NCBI GenBank assembly: GCA_951406725.2
Contig: OX597819.1
Span: 65,782,001-65,846,000, forward strand
DNA length: 64,000 nucleotides
Source: Octopus vulgaris
Taxonomy: Eukaryota
Direction: 5' to 3'
Under the pieces are notes generated by a model that worked only from the letters and a program-made list of their open reading frames with translations, made no database searches and was not told the DNA's origin. Below, piece after piece: positions 51,046 to 64,000 of this stretch (position 1 is its first letter; every line of letters begins with the position of its first letter). The translations under genes were made by a program, and so were the position numbers.

Positions 51046-51749
51046 CAAGAACGCAAAACATCCGAACAACAAAACATCCAGAGAGACGATACAAAAAAAA
51101 AACCAGACAGACAGCTAACTATCTATCTATCTATTTATCTAGCTAGCTAGACAGACAGACAGACAGACAGAGAGTTTGGAATTATTTACTGTCTGCTAAA
51201 TAACCATGTGTTAAACTAAAGAAATAATTTCAATATAAAAGACTCACTTTAGCTATTTAAGCACACTTGTTATTTCTTAACAGAACTGACTAATGGTAAG
51301 TGTCAGAAAGCAAAAGAAAAACAATAGATTTTCTGACAAACGAAAGGAGTACTGGTCAAACAAGAGAATTACTTTATATAACAAATGTACATGCTTAATG
51401 TTCTATGTATACCTAAAACAAAAGCAAATAATAACTGTAAAAGAAACCAGAAATACGAACAGAAACGAAAAATCTGCTGCGGAAAAGCAACGAAGTTAGT
51501 GAGCAGGGCCGCAGCAACAGGGATAAAGCGTTTAACATTATCAATAAAGAGGCTGCATTATCAGGAAATAAACGAAAAGTGACTATAACAGATTTTGTCT
51601 GATACAGAAGTAAAATGATTTTATCACGATGTAATGTATAAACACACACGTACACGCACACACTCAGACCCGCACTAACACACACATACTCACACATAAC
51701 CACACACATGACCACACGCATTTATATAGAGTAGTTATAACACTCAATA

Positions 51750-51930
51750 GAATCTTGGCACGTCAAAACGTAGGGTCGCGAGTTCGTTTCTCGGCGGCGC
51801 GTTGTCTCCTTGAGCAAGACACTTTATTTCACGTTGCTCCAGTTCACTCAGCTGACTAAAATGAGTATTACCTGTATTTCAAAGGGCCAATCTTGTCACA
51901 CTCTGTGTCATGCTGAATCTCCCTGAGAAG
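51750..51930 (+). mobile_element. tRNA-derived SINE, family D core with family C body
   Basis: GAGTTCGTTTC B-box-like; TTGAGCAAGACACTTTATTTCACGTTGCTCCAG; then TACCTGTATTTCAAAGGGCC...TGTGTCATGCTGAATCTCCC. Confidence 0.7.
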
Positions 51931-51989
<59 letters not shown>

Positions 51990-54271
51990 GTTAAACAGGA
52001 CGTCAAACATCAAAGCAAGGCAAACATCTCAAGTCATATACAATATGATTATAGGAAGAAATTCAAAATCTTACACCTGTTTCTAGAATTATTGAGTACC
52101 ATCGGTAGTACAGTTAAATATTTGCAAGCTTAAGTCTGGGCATTCGTCGTGTGTGAATGTAAAATTGAAGGAATTGGGGACAAGAAAATGGAGGACGGTT
52201 GGACATTTATGAATTATTCGCTAAAATTGTTCCGACGCGACGTAGTTATCCAAGAATACAGGTGTTTGAATTAGGCAACTGTTTGTTTGCATAATGAAAG
52301 CTCGAAAGCTTTTAAATCTCAAGTGAGAATTTAATTGGTTTCAATCTGCTATTTTTGATACCTTTGTACAATATTCGAACGCCTTTTGTAAGAATAAAAT
52401 GTTATACCCATATTCTAATAAGTCGAGTCTATTCTTGTGTCAATGACCCTTCAAATAACTTGTTTCGCATTGTCAAGTGTGCGTGTATGTGCGTGTGTGT
52501 TTACGTGTGTGTGCGTGTTTGTGTGTTTGTAATAAAGGAATTTGAACAGAGACATTGTTCGCATTATATTACGACGTTTCCATTTAATGATTATTTATTA
52601 GCTCTTTCATGTTGCACATCATATTATTACATAACCAGACCATTTCATCAGACATCTATGCGAAATTGCCAGATGACGATAAATTACATAACTCGTTATG
52701 CGTGTGCGTGAGTATGTGTATGTCTGTATGCATGTTGTTTTAATGTGACTGTTATTAGACGAGAACAAATTTTTTTTTTCTAAAATGATGCGGTATAAAT
52801 TCTATTTTATTATATACACACACAAACATGCGCGCACACAAGCACATACCCACATATATATGCATTCATACTACTTACATAAATGCATACGTATATATAT
52901 ATATATATATATATATTATAACAATGCATTGATATTATAATATGTCAAATACGCTATAATATACATGGCTAAAGCAATTAACAACCAAAAAATGGTAGAA
53001 TACATAAATAAGGATGCCAAATAACACCTGCAGTTGCTAGAAATAAGAGCTAAAACTATAACTCAAATAGCTACAGAAAATCACCAACCTCATAAGAGGT
53101 TGAAAGGGACTGCGACAGGCAAGCCACAACATCTTTCTCTAGCGAGATAAAACTAGCTGGCTGAAGTAATTTAAGACCCTATTATATGCTGTTGAAATTT
53201 AAACAATAAGGTTTCGTTTGTCTTCAGGGGAATATCATACATGGCAAGTATCGTAGATGGGCGAAAACTTGAAACGCAGTCCACCTTTCTAATATGTATG
53301 TTTGCACATGTGTCTGAGCGCGAGTCCACATGTGACTTTGTTTGTGCATGCGTGTGTTTAATTTGTGCAACATCCCTCCCCTGCTTAAAAGCAAGTTCGC
53401 AACTGAAATTTAAATTCTAAATTATTCTATTCAAGATTTTAGTCAATATTGAAAACACTATCTACTGAGAGTTACTCGCCAACATTCTTCAACAAAATAC
53501 TTCAATCAAACTAAAACTCATAGCACAATCAGGAAATCGATTCTACACTACTGTTCCGTGGTCATGTTATTAACCCTGCTCCCTCCGATAGAGATAAATG
53601 ACAAATTCCATTTCTAAGTGTATTTTGAATTCTGAACATCGACGTCAGAATTTCAAATTTCAAAAGCTTTCAGGCTTCCATTTGTTTGTGCTATTGTAAG
53701 TTAAATTAGCAAAACATAAACTTCTACCAAATATGATGAATTTGAAAACACTTCGCCATTTTTCAGCCTTTTTTATTCAAAATAATTAAGCGAATTGAAT
53801 GACATTATCCAACTAGCAGACACTATTCTTTTATCAAAACTAGACGAATGAAAGGCGAAATCGATATCGATACGGACGTGAGATGTATTCAGAAGGAATG
53901 AGGAGAGATGTGTAAAACAATTAGTTACTAGTACTGAAAAGAATATAACTTACATATATATCGTATTATCACTAAATACATTTACTATTTCCCTCTTAAG
54001 ATGACTCGGGAGCGTCTGTATAGTTGCGTTGACTCGTAGACTTAAGGATCACCAATTCTCTTTCAAATCGCTCCCTTCTAAAAACAAGATGGTCACATTC
54101 TATTTTATAGCTCTAGATACATTGCGTTTGATACAAGAAGGGATCTTCTCGGCTGGAATACATTTACTTATAGATTATCTCAGTTTAAACAGACACATGG
54201 CTAAAAGAAATTTCCTCTTTCCTTTAATCAGTAGGTTATATTTAAAGAAACCTCATAGACCCTGATTTAGT

Positions 54272-54622
54272 TGCATAGGTATGAAGTTTCCTTCCCCAAA
54301 AAATGGTCGTCCCACCTTCAGTCCCGCTGCGAGGCATCTTATGTAGGTGTCTCCTTCAATAGCCTCAGGCCAACCTTAGCCATATGGTTGGATTTGGTAG
54401 ACGGAAGCTGAAAGAAGCTTGTGTGTGTGTGTGATCCCCACCACCGCCTGGCAACCGATACTGTGTTTACGTCAACGTTATCTAGCGGTGCATCAAAGAG
54501 GTTTGATAGAATAAACAAGAAGGTTTAAATGTGTAAATACTGGTTTCTGTCTTTTCGACTAAAAGTCTTTAAATTGGTGCCACGGTATGGCCGCTGTCTA
54601 ATGATTGAAACAAGTAAAAGAT
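54272..54622 (+). mobile_element. SINE family B (diverged)
   Basis: GATTTGGTAGACGGAAGCTGAAAGAAGC...GATTGAAACAAGTAAAAGA. Confidence 0.7.
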
Positions 54623-54781
54623 ATATCACTTGCACTTATTCTATTTATTTATTTATTTTTGAAGCCTGAGGAATAAAAGAGCAAATTAATGAGGCCTGAA
54701 TTTAATTCATATTATGAAATAGAAATTTAAGATCTGTAAATCATTAAGGTACTCTACATCTCCATTATTGATGCTCTTTGT

Positions 54782-55000
54782 AAGGTGGTGAGCTGGCAGA
54801 ATCGTTAGCACGTCGAGCGAAATGCTTAGCGGTATTTTGTATGTCTTTGCGTTCTGAGTTCAAATTTCACCGAGATTGACTTTGCTTTTCATCCTTTCGG
54901 GATCGATGAAACGAGCACCAGTCAGGCAATGGGGATGATGTAATCGACTGTTGCCTCCTCGAAAAAAATTCAGGCCTTGTTCCTGTAGCAGAAAATGTTA
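54782..55000 (+). mobile_element. tRNA-derived SINE, family A
   Basis: GGTGGTGAGCTGGCAGAATCGTTAGCACG...GAGTTCAAATTTC...TTCATCCTTTCGGG. Confidence 0.85.
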
Positions 55001-55207
55001 TTTTTGCTCTTTTTGTAAGATTCCAAAATGTTAAATCGACTGAAGATTTAAAAAGCCTGAAACTATACAAAGAAGCATCGATGTTGTGACTAGACCTACT
55101 AAATATTGCAGTCTAATCTTCCCAAGAGAACGTAGTACACTCTGAAATAAATAATATATTAGGTAATTAAGCGAGGAAAAGAATACCGGGTGTTTTAAAA
55201 AATTATT

Positions 55208-55500
55208 CCCACTCTGTGGCGCTTTGGACTGACCGAAGCCTTGTGAGTAGATTTGGTTGACGGAAGCTGACAAATGCCCCCCACATGTGTGTGTGCGTAT
55301 AGTTGTGTTTGTATTTGATGCCAACTCCGTTTGATAATCAGTGTTTATGTGTTCAAATCTTTGTAACTCAACGGTTCGTCTAAAGATACCGATAGAATAA
55401 ATACCAAGCTTTAAAAGGAAATACTAGCGTAGATTCATTCGCCTAAAAGTCTTCAAGGTGGTGTTCCAGCATGGTCGCAGTGGTATGACTGAAACAAGTA
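55208..55500 (+). mobile_element. SINE family B (5'-deleted)
   Basis: GCCTTGTGAGTAGATTTGGTTGACGGAAGCTGA...GGTGGTGTTCCAGCATGGTCGCAGT...GACTGAAACAAGTA. Confidence 0.75.
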
Positions 55501-57849
55501 TAGGAGGAATGATAAAAACATGAATTAATTGGAATTTATGTTAATTTACTGAAAGTTAGCAAAAAACGTAGCAGTAACTATTAGCATGTCTCCAGGGAAA
55601 GGATAAACATTTTCGTAAAATTAGGCATGCAGGTCTCAAGTTAATTTATATGCTTATAGAAAGGAAGCTTTGAGCTTTGTTTACAAGGAAGGGACAACAA
55701 TGAACATGTTTCGAGTTTATTAGTCCTCATCAATATAATACAGTTCACCCAAACCTGATGATCAGAGAATTGAGATTCACATTGATAAACATGATAGAGA
55801 AATATATTTTTCGTTGGCACAATTTGCATAACTAAAATTAATATAAGCTAAGGGAAATAACCGAAATAGATCAATGGTATACACGAATTCAAACAATTAT
55901 TTAAAAGGAGATATATTTAATGCTGTGCACAAAAGGAAAGAAAAAATATTTAATTAATTGAAAGTGGATAATGTATTTTGGGTTGGATTGTTCCTGAAAA
56001 AATACAGGATGGGCTTGATTTGAATGAATGAGATCTTATCGATCATATTCGACTTGGGGCTAATCAATAACTGCAATAATAATCAACGGTCTTCCTTTCA
56101 TCAGCATAATCGATCGAATTGAAATCCATTATAGAACGGGCACTCTATTATGTTATCGATGCCCGTGAGGTTCAGAGTTGATCACGTCAGAATTTGGATT
56201 TCAAACATTTAAATGTGAATTTAAAAGCTGTCAGCCGCTTCGTGGTTCGTACTAATCTTACTGTTCTTTTAATGCCAGGTAGTAGGAAGATATAACGTAT
56301 GGCAACACTGTAGCATCCATAACATCTTAATTCGTGGATTTACCATCATTGCATCTTATTTTGTCATACCAAACCATTAATACCAACGTGTGACATTTTT
56401 GAGTATATTTTTTTACGTTTCATTTTTACGCTATTTTTTGTTTGTTTGGTTTGAGTTTTTCAAGTGAGAAAGAAATCGATAACTTCTAGAAGATAAATCT
56501 TCGAGAATAGAATTGATTAAATTTAAATAAAGAAATTGAAGAGTGAAAGATAGAGAATATCTGAGTAACTTTGGGATTGGTTTAAAAGCAACAGAATCGT
56601 AAAACAAAATGAAAGAATATAAAAATTCAGAAAATAATAAATACAGGAAGAAGAGAAGAGAGGAAAAAAAAAGGTGTGACCTCTTAAGACAAACACTAAA
56701 ATTAAATTAGTTTGTACGAATGACTAGAAAGGTGAATGTGGTGTAAGATGGAAGTGAGGATGGCATGTGTGAAGCTTGGAAGGAAACAGGTCAAATAGTG
56801 AATGTGGAAGTAATTGGGAATAAAAGTCTGAGGAATGCGTGTGAAGAAACGAAAGAGCTGGAGTGAATGGGAAATATATGAAGCTTGTGAAGATGTAGTC
56901 GACTTGAAAAATTGAATCAACTGTTCAAAACTGATAGTGAAAGTGAAAGTTAAAATATCAGTAATTATACAAGTGATGGAGAGCAAGGATATGTGAAAGG
57001 AGAAAAACGTTTGTAAGAGCAACGTGAGACAGAGAGAGAGAGAGAGAGAGAGTGACAGACAGAGAGACAGTGAGTGAGTTAGTGAGTAAGAAGGTGGAAA
57101 CAGGAAGAAAGCAAGTGAGAAATAGAAAAGGAGAAAATACTGAAAGTGGGAGAGAAATAGAGAGGTGCAGATTTAATTTCTTTTTAATAAATATAAAAAA
57201 TGTTAATTTTTATTGTAAAACAAAAACAAAACTGCAATGACGAGAGGAGGAGGGAAAAAAGAAGAAGAGTGGGGGCAGTGATGAGTTTCAAGAAATCGAC
57301 TTAGATTATTAGGAGGGATCATGCCTGTGTTTGAGAGAGTAACGTGATGAGATGTGAAATTTAGAAGGTGCGGGCCGAGAGTAAGATGCAAGGAGAGGTA
57401 GGAGGGAGAGTAAGAAGGAGAGAAATGAGTGTCATTTCAAGTGGTAAACTTAGAATAATTGGATGTGAAGAGATGAAAATACAAAAAATGAAAATGTCGT
57501 GGTAATTGAAAGCGGAGGTTGGCAAGTGCAATGTGCAACTTACTGAGGTTGTGGGGAAGATGTGCACATGTAGTATGTGTACGTGTGTTCATATAATATG
57601 TGTGAGTGTGCGTGAGAGTGTGTATGCAAGTATATATAATTAAATGCAAAGAACAATTGCATAAATGCACTCAAATAAGATAGATAGAAAAATATATATA
57701 TGCATGTATTTGTGTGCGTGTATATATATATATATATATATTTAAACATATGGATAAAAATGTCTTTATTTTCAAGCGTCTCTTTCCTTTAGTTCCGTAT
57801 TTTCATATGCATTATCGTCCAAAATATTTGAAGAGGATTTTTCCCGTAT

Positions 57850-58800
57850 TTTAAAAACCTTTCTGCTAAAATGCTTGACAAGTAAAAAATACTTTACTTC
57901 TACTTACATGAGATATGTTTTGCAAAATAATATCCTAACACGTATTCCCTTAAGTTGAAGGTAGATTATTTTCTTTTCGTTTCAATTTCGGAATTTATAG
58001 CACACTGTTAATATGTATTCAAGAAGAAGAGTTGTAATAGTCTTTACGGAATATGCAGTAAGCTCCTCCATATTATAAAAGAAACCTAGATAGCTATCGC
58101 TTTAACACCAAGAGGAAATACTCTGAGCAAACTGCAACAAAATACTTCAAACACATCAAAAACATCAAACGTGAGAATAGAAAACTCACCTGCTTTAATC
58201 CATCCTATAATTTAAATGTATGCAGAAATTTAGCTAAGTCTTCCTCACTCTAATCAGATCTCCTATGCCCACTTCAGATAGGTGTGAAAAGTGTTTCAAC
58301 GAAAATTCCATTAATGTTATTTATAGGGGTATGCATAGCTTAAAATCACAAATTTCAAACTACATCTAAAATGTATAAACACCAGCAAACAGCCTAAATC
58401 TAATGTGAAAGCAGAACCAAAAGTATGGAAAATACTTATCAAAAGAAATAGGATGCAAAGCTGTTGAAATATCAGAAGACCCTGCAATAAAATCTTATAC
58501 CGTTTTGATCACCAGCACTTTTATTGTTAAACATAAACATTGTAGTAATTCGTTTAAATCAAGAAGAATGTGCAGTGTAGCATTGTTTTCGAAATTAAAT
58601 TTGCATTTTGAAAGAAGGTGAAGGCATAAACCTCTCGATAAAATGAATTATTGTTGAGAAACAGAGCGATCTTATGGTTGCGGAAGCTACTGTCCCCAGA
58701 AACTCAATTCGTTCACTCTGAGTGACAGAGAAGAAACCTATTTGTCATACCTCTCTGCAAAGAAATTTAATCTTCAAGCAGACATATTCCTTTCTTATGA
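57850..58800 (+). mobile_element. Decayed Penelope-like element (RT thumb, linker and GIY-YIG region)
   Basis: NRKLTCFNPSYNLNVCRNLAK and KVFNENSINVIYRGMHSLKSQISNY resemble PLE RNIIWFNPPYSxNVxTNIG and KIFNRNTVKVSYSCMxNxKxIISxHN; many stops and frameshifts. Confidence 0.55.
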
Positions 58801-59839
58801 ACCTTAAAGAATATTCTCTTCTGTCTAGTTTTTATAGTGAATTATATTCACCGTTTATACCTTCAAATGGGGCGAGCAACACGAACAGCAATGTATTCGG
58901 ATTAATCCTTTGCAACATTTAGTTACTCGCTGATAAATATTCCTTTGAAATCTTAGTTGTGAATTTTTTGTTTTACCTCTGTAAAACCCATTAAACTACT
59001 ACCAGTATGATAGTGTGATAGTTCGCTGAATCACTTATAATTTACAGTAAATTACTGATATTGCGCCAACGTTATATGCATCTACGAATACGTACGAAAT
59101 GGAATTTTGCGATAGGAAAGGTAGAATACAGAGCTAAAAGCTTAGCTATCAAACTGAAACTTGACTTTCAGTCCACCTCGGAATACAAAAATAGAAAATA
59201 CTAACAATATACTGGGATATATTCCTCCCTTCCAAAACAAATATCTAGACGTATGTCAGTATCGGATATTAAGCCACACACGGCGGGAAAGAGTTGTATG
59301 GATGTGTGTACCAAACGGTCAAACAACAAAGAACACTTCTTTGTCTAAAGGGTAATTTTTTTAATACTTATTTTCAATTTAAATCATCACTACAATAACT
59401 GTTAGTCTCTCGCACAATAAATTTTACAATCTCATTATCAAAACGTACTAAAAGATATTTGCTTACTTTTGATAATGACAGTATACAGGTGCAACTTCTG
59501 CAACACCAATTGATACCATCTGCTGTTTAAGGGATAAGGGTTTGTCTACAACTTTTTTATTATATTCAATGTTTTTGCTGCTTTGTAACTTAGCCTTTGA
59601 TCATATTTGGTTCAGCAGAGCTAAAGTCGACTCATCTGTGACCTACCCACCCTTTTATGTGGTCGACTACATTACTCAAATGCTTTCTTTACTTAAAAGA
59701 GCACGATATGAGTTGAATCTTCAACCGACTTTCCATCGGACATCTCAACTCCATGACTGAACCGACACATATGGTCCCCTTCATAGCCCTATTTATAAGT
59801 ATTGTTGTTTCTGTTGTTGCTGTCCAGGACAAGGTGTAT

Positions 59840-60175
59840 CTATGTGTGTGTGTTTGTGTGTTTGCTTTGTATTTGCTATTTCATACCGCTTCAAACCCGA
59901 TGTTGGTTTGTTTACGTCCTGGTAAACTAGTGCCTTCATTGTGTGCGGATGCGCGCGTGCGTGTGAGTACACGTGTGTCTTTATGTCTGTCTTTGTCTCT
60001 CCACAACTACTTGACTGCTGGTGCTGTCTTGTTTACCTCTCCATAACCTAGCGGTTCGGTGAACGTTCTCGATAGAATATACATCAGGCTTCGTAATATA
60101 AGTACCTGAGTCGATTCATTCGACAAAAAATTCTTCAAAGTAGTGACCTAGCATGGCCAGTGCAAGAGGTAAAAG
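59840..60175 (+). mobile_element. SINE family B 3' portions (partial duplication)
   Basis: Two successive (TG)n-GGTxTGTTTACxTCC-AAC blocks, then GCGGTTCGG...GATAGAAT...AGCATGGCC. Confidence 0.6.
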
Positions 60176-60387
60176 TCTAAACGACATAAATGGTAATGCG
60201 AAGTTGTTGTAAGAACAACATAGACGATGGAGTCCAATACGGACGAAATAACCCTTCACAATACAAAAAGCCTGGCAAATGTGATCGAGAGTTCAAATTC
60301 AAATGCTATATAACTTTCCATTTATGAAATGAATCCAGCATCGACAAAATATATTCCAATCAAACACCACTACCTCAGTATATCGTG

Positions 60388-60760
60388 GTACTCCGTCAGT
60401 TGCGACGACGAGGGTTCCAGTTGATCCGACCAACGGAATAGCCTGCTAGTGAAATTAACGCGCAAGTGGCTGCGCACTCTACAGACATATGTACCTTTAA
60501 CGTAGTTCTCGGGGGAGAATCAGCGTGACACAGAGTGTGACAAGGTTGGCCCCTTTAAAATACATGTACAACAGAAACAGGAAGAAAGAGTGAAAGAAAG
60601 TTGTGGGGAAAGAATACAGCAGGGTTCGCCACCACCTCCTCATGGAGCTTTGGGTGTTTTCGCTCAATAAACACACACAACGCCCGGCCTGCGAATCGAA
60701 ACCGCGATCTTACGACGGCGCGTCCGCTGCCCTAACCACTAGGCCATTGTACTTCCACAC
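60388..60760 (-). mobile_element. tRNA-derived SINE, family C
   Basis: Homologous along its length to 47178-47543. Confidence 0.88.
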
Positions 60761-61616
60761 CTCAGTATTTAATAGAATTGAACTCCTTGCTTTCAGATGT
60801 AATAATCTTGTGCCACTTTAAGGATTCAGTATTAATCACTTTCGTAGTCTTCTCTTTCTTTCTCTCTCCCTCCCTCTCTCTTTCTCTCTTTATCTCTCTC
60901 ACTATTTCCTAGTTTTCCTTTTTCCCTCTATTTCTTCTTTCGTCTCTCCAGATTTCACTCTTGTTATTTCAATTTCATTCAAATCTTTCTGTTTCTAAAA
61001 TTTTCCTTTTCCACTTGGTTCCATCTTCCCTCCATCACCCCCCCTCTCTCTCTCTCTCTCATACACACACACACACACTCCCTCTCCCTCTCTGCCTTTC
61101 TCCTCCCCCCCCTCATTTTTCTGCATCTTTCGTTCCCATTTTCTCACTTCTCTTTCTATTTTACATTCTCAGTAATTTTCCTCTTTCACTCCGTTCCCAA
61201 TTCTCTCTGCCGCTCGCCACCAAACATATTTTTTTTCTTTTCTTTTCTCTTCTTTCGGATCCCCTTCTTTTCTACCTTTCTCTTTCTCCTCTACTATCTC
61301 TCACATACCCTTAAACCGTCTCAAAACCGTACAACTGTCTCCTCACTCAGCACATCAGTCCTCGTGAAACACCACCATCATAAATACCATCACATAACTA
61401 TCTTTACTACGATGAAGATACAAAAAAAGAAAAAAATTATCCATTAAGGAAAACACAAAACGTTTTTGTAGCTTTCAGATTATGAAGCTGTTGTTTTTGG
61501 TTGTTGCTGCTGTTATCTTTAATTTTCGTTCCTAATTATGAAGTTGGTTAACTTGCTTCTTTCCCTGTTTCCTTAACGATAATAATGTAAAGCGACGTAA
61601 GAAGAATAACAACAAC

Positions 61617-61660
<44 letters not shown>

Positions 61661-61662
61661 TG

Positions 61663-61738
<76 letters not shown>

Positions 61739-61830
61739 TACTACTACTATCACTACTAATGATGATAATAGCAATAAGAATTAGAAGAAGAAGATGAAGA
61801 ATGACGATGATGATGATAGTGATGATAACT

Positions 61831-62386
61831 CCCCTGATGCAGTATCAGGCAGAGGCTCTCATGGCTTCTGATCTTAACTGATTGGAAGTGTTATCATATA
61901 CATTGTTTTGTCTTCGTATAAAGGATGGGCTACAGCAAATATTCTGCTTAACACCACAGATTTGCTTGTCAGTTGTTTGACCTTAACCAGTTGACCATGT
62001 CCCTTAGTGTTTGACGATTTGTACATCTCTGACCACGAGCAGAAGTAGTGGGGGAGCATCATAGCCGTGTGTTGACAGGAATTCTTAGCGGTTTGGATAA
62101 TTCACCTTTGGAAATATCGGTGTTTCGTTCAACATCCTTAAACAATCCTTATTCAGGGACCTTTAGAACGGGATGAACTACTCGACCGGAAGAAAATTCT
62201 AACTGGGCCCCACCTGCAAGGTCATGCGCTGTTTATCTTGATATGAGATCACCATGTCACGCACATTTCGTTGTGATGCATGTGCCTGGTGTACCCTTAT
62301 CAGACGGGTAGTAATGATGGGTATACTAGGCTTCGTATATTTTACCCCAGTGTCACTTTGATGGCATGCACTTCTCTTTCTCACTC
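61831..62386 (+). mobile_element. ~555-bp (AAT)n-associated non-coding interspersed repeat
   Basis: Full-length homologue of 28351-28906 with (AAT)n tail. Confidence 0.85.
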
Positions 62387-62396
62387 AATAATAATG

Positions 62397-62434
<38 letters not shown>

Positions 62435-62503
62435 GAGGAGAATAATAATAATAATAATGATAAGAAGAAGAAGAAGAATGACGACGAGGATGATGATGAT
62501 GAT

Positions 62504-62790
62504 CCTGATACAGTGCAAGGCAGTGACTCTCACGGCTTCTGATCTTAACTGATTGGAAGTGTTATCATGTGCATTGTTTTGTCTTGATATAAAAGACGGG
62601 CTATAGCAAATATTCTGCTCAATACCACAGATTTGCTTGTCAGATGTTTGACCTTAACCAGTTGAGCATATCCCTTAGTGGCTGACGATATGTGCATCTC
62701 TAATCACGAGAAGAAATAGTGGGGGAAGCATCATAGCCATGTGCTGGGAGGGATTCTTTGGAGTTTGGATAATTTGCCTTTGAAGACATT
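62504..62790 (+). mobile_element. Second, 3'-truncated copy of the (AAT)n-associated repeat
   Basis: Same 5' start; homology stops at ~62790. Confidence 0.8.
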
Positions 62791-62829
62791 GTCTAGTCAA
62801 TCACGTGATCACACGATTACCCAATTCTG

Positions 62830-63300
62830 TCATACACTTCCATTGTATAAAAGCTTCAATTCTGTTATAAGATGTATTCTTTCTTGCCTAAATCTGAATA
62901 TTTCCAGTCCATGTAATTAATTATTGCTAACCAAGCTTCACATATTATGCAGACCCTCAGCGATGCCCAGTTATTCACCTTGATTGCAATTATTTTTGCA
63001 CTGTTTTTAGCGAAAATGTTTCTCTCCTATACTCCAATAATAATTGATTTAGTCTTGGCTTTGAGTCTTGTACTTTTCATCGATTTCTGTTTCATGCCTA
63101 CTTAATCCTTTACCAAATAATCTGAGCTTGGAGTCAAACTGTTTTTTAACTACTAATTGCTGGTAAGGGCTCAATATTTCGTTCTGCAACCATAATATGC
63201 TGCCAAGTACATTAAAAGCTTGTAAGTCAGTTCTGTTAGTGGCGCGGTTCAATCATTTTTTAAAAAGTATCTCAACAGATTCTCTTCAGAACTTACAGCT
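62830..63300 (-). mobile_element. Possible decayed R4/Dong RT-thumb fragment
   Basis: Minus-strand hints (EIDEKY...AKN...NNWA...IIN) resemble the R4-type AINTWAV...IINW region; heavily frameshifted. Confidence 0.3.
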
Positions 63301-63528
63301 GCGATCGCATTATTTACATAAACATATTCGTATATGAAACGCCGTAACTTTCAGGATTTGCTGTAATTTCTATAGAAAATTCGTAAAGATAAGCCTAAAA
63401 GGTGATATGTTTTAATATGTTATATTTATTTATTTATTTTATTGGTGTTCAGAAACAAAGCAACACCAGTTTTCAAACGACGTGGTTAGAACCACACACA
63501 GAAAGATACATACGTGCACACACACATA

Positions 63529-63893
63529 CTCCATGCTGGAGCACCGCCTTTCGTCGAACAAATCGACCATAGGACTTATTTTTTTGTAAGCCTAGTACTT
63601 AAACTATCGGTCGCTTTTGCCGAACCGCATCTGTTCAGCATCTGTTGTCAAGCGATGTTGGGGAGACAAACACAGACACACAAACATATATATATATATA
63701 TATATACATACATACATACATACATACATATACAACGGACTTCTTTCAGTTTCCGTCTACCAAATCCACACTGCTTTGGTCGGCCCAAGGCTATAATAGA
63801 AGACACTTACCCACGTTGCCACGCAGTGGGAGTGAACCCGGAACCGTGTGGCTAGTAAGCAAGCTTCTTACCACACAGCCACTCCTGTGCCTA
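63529..63893 (-). mobile_element. tRNA-derived SINE family B (near full length)
   Basis: Reverse complement AGGCACAGGAGTGGCTGTGTGGTAAGAAGCTTGC...GGGTTCACTCCCACTGCGTGGC...GGCGGTGCTCCAGCATGG. Confidence 0.88.
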
Positions 63894-64000
63894 TGGTGAC
63901 TTTTTTATTTAATTGTGAACACACCGTTCTTCCTTCAGTCTGGTTGACTGCGATTTAGCGAGAGTAATTTATTTAATGTGTTCTGTAATTTCAGGTATTT

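Overview
AT-rich, repeat-dense metazoan non-coding DNA (intron or intergenic). The SINE families and microsatellite load resemble an octopus/cephalopod genome (inference, not searched). No host protein-coding exon could be supported, and nearly all track ORFs are microsatellite translations. Recognisable content: (1) a 5'-truncated CR1/L2-type LINE (8602-10964); (2) four head-to-tail ~1.55-kb non-autonomous composite Helitrons with exact CTAG|TC junctions (11208-17378); (3) an (AAT)n-associated cluster of R4/Dong-type LINE fragments plus a non-coding ~555-bp element with a fixed, structured 5' end; (4) two Tx1/L1-type 3' fragments; (5) Penelope-like relics, including a minimal hammerhead ribozyme; (6) several modular tRNA-derived SINE families, two with tails matching LINE 3' ends in this window; (7) DNA-transposon MITEs (hAT-like, mariner, CAC-ended, and an 824-bp GGATC-ended foldback with an 8-bp TSD and an empty-site paralogue); (8) a near-perfect 146-bp-arm palindrome and a SINE-derived 16-bp minisatellite. 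All family assignments come from motif recognition by eye, with no database search.
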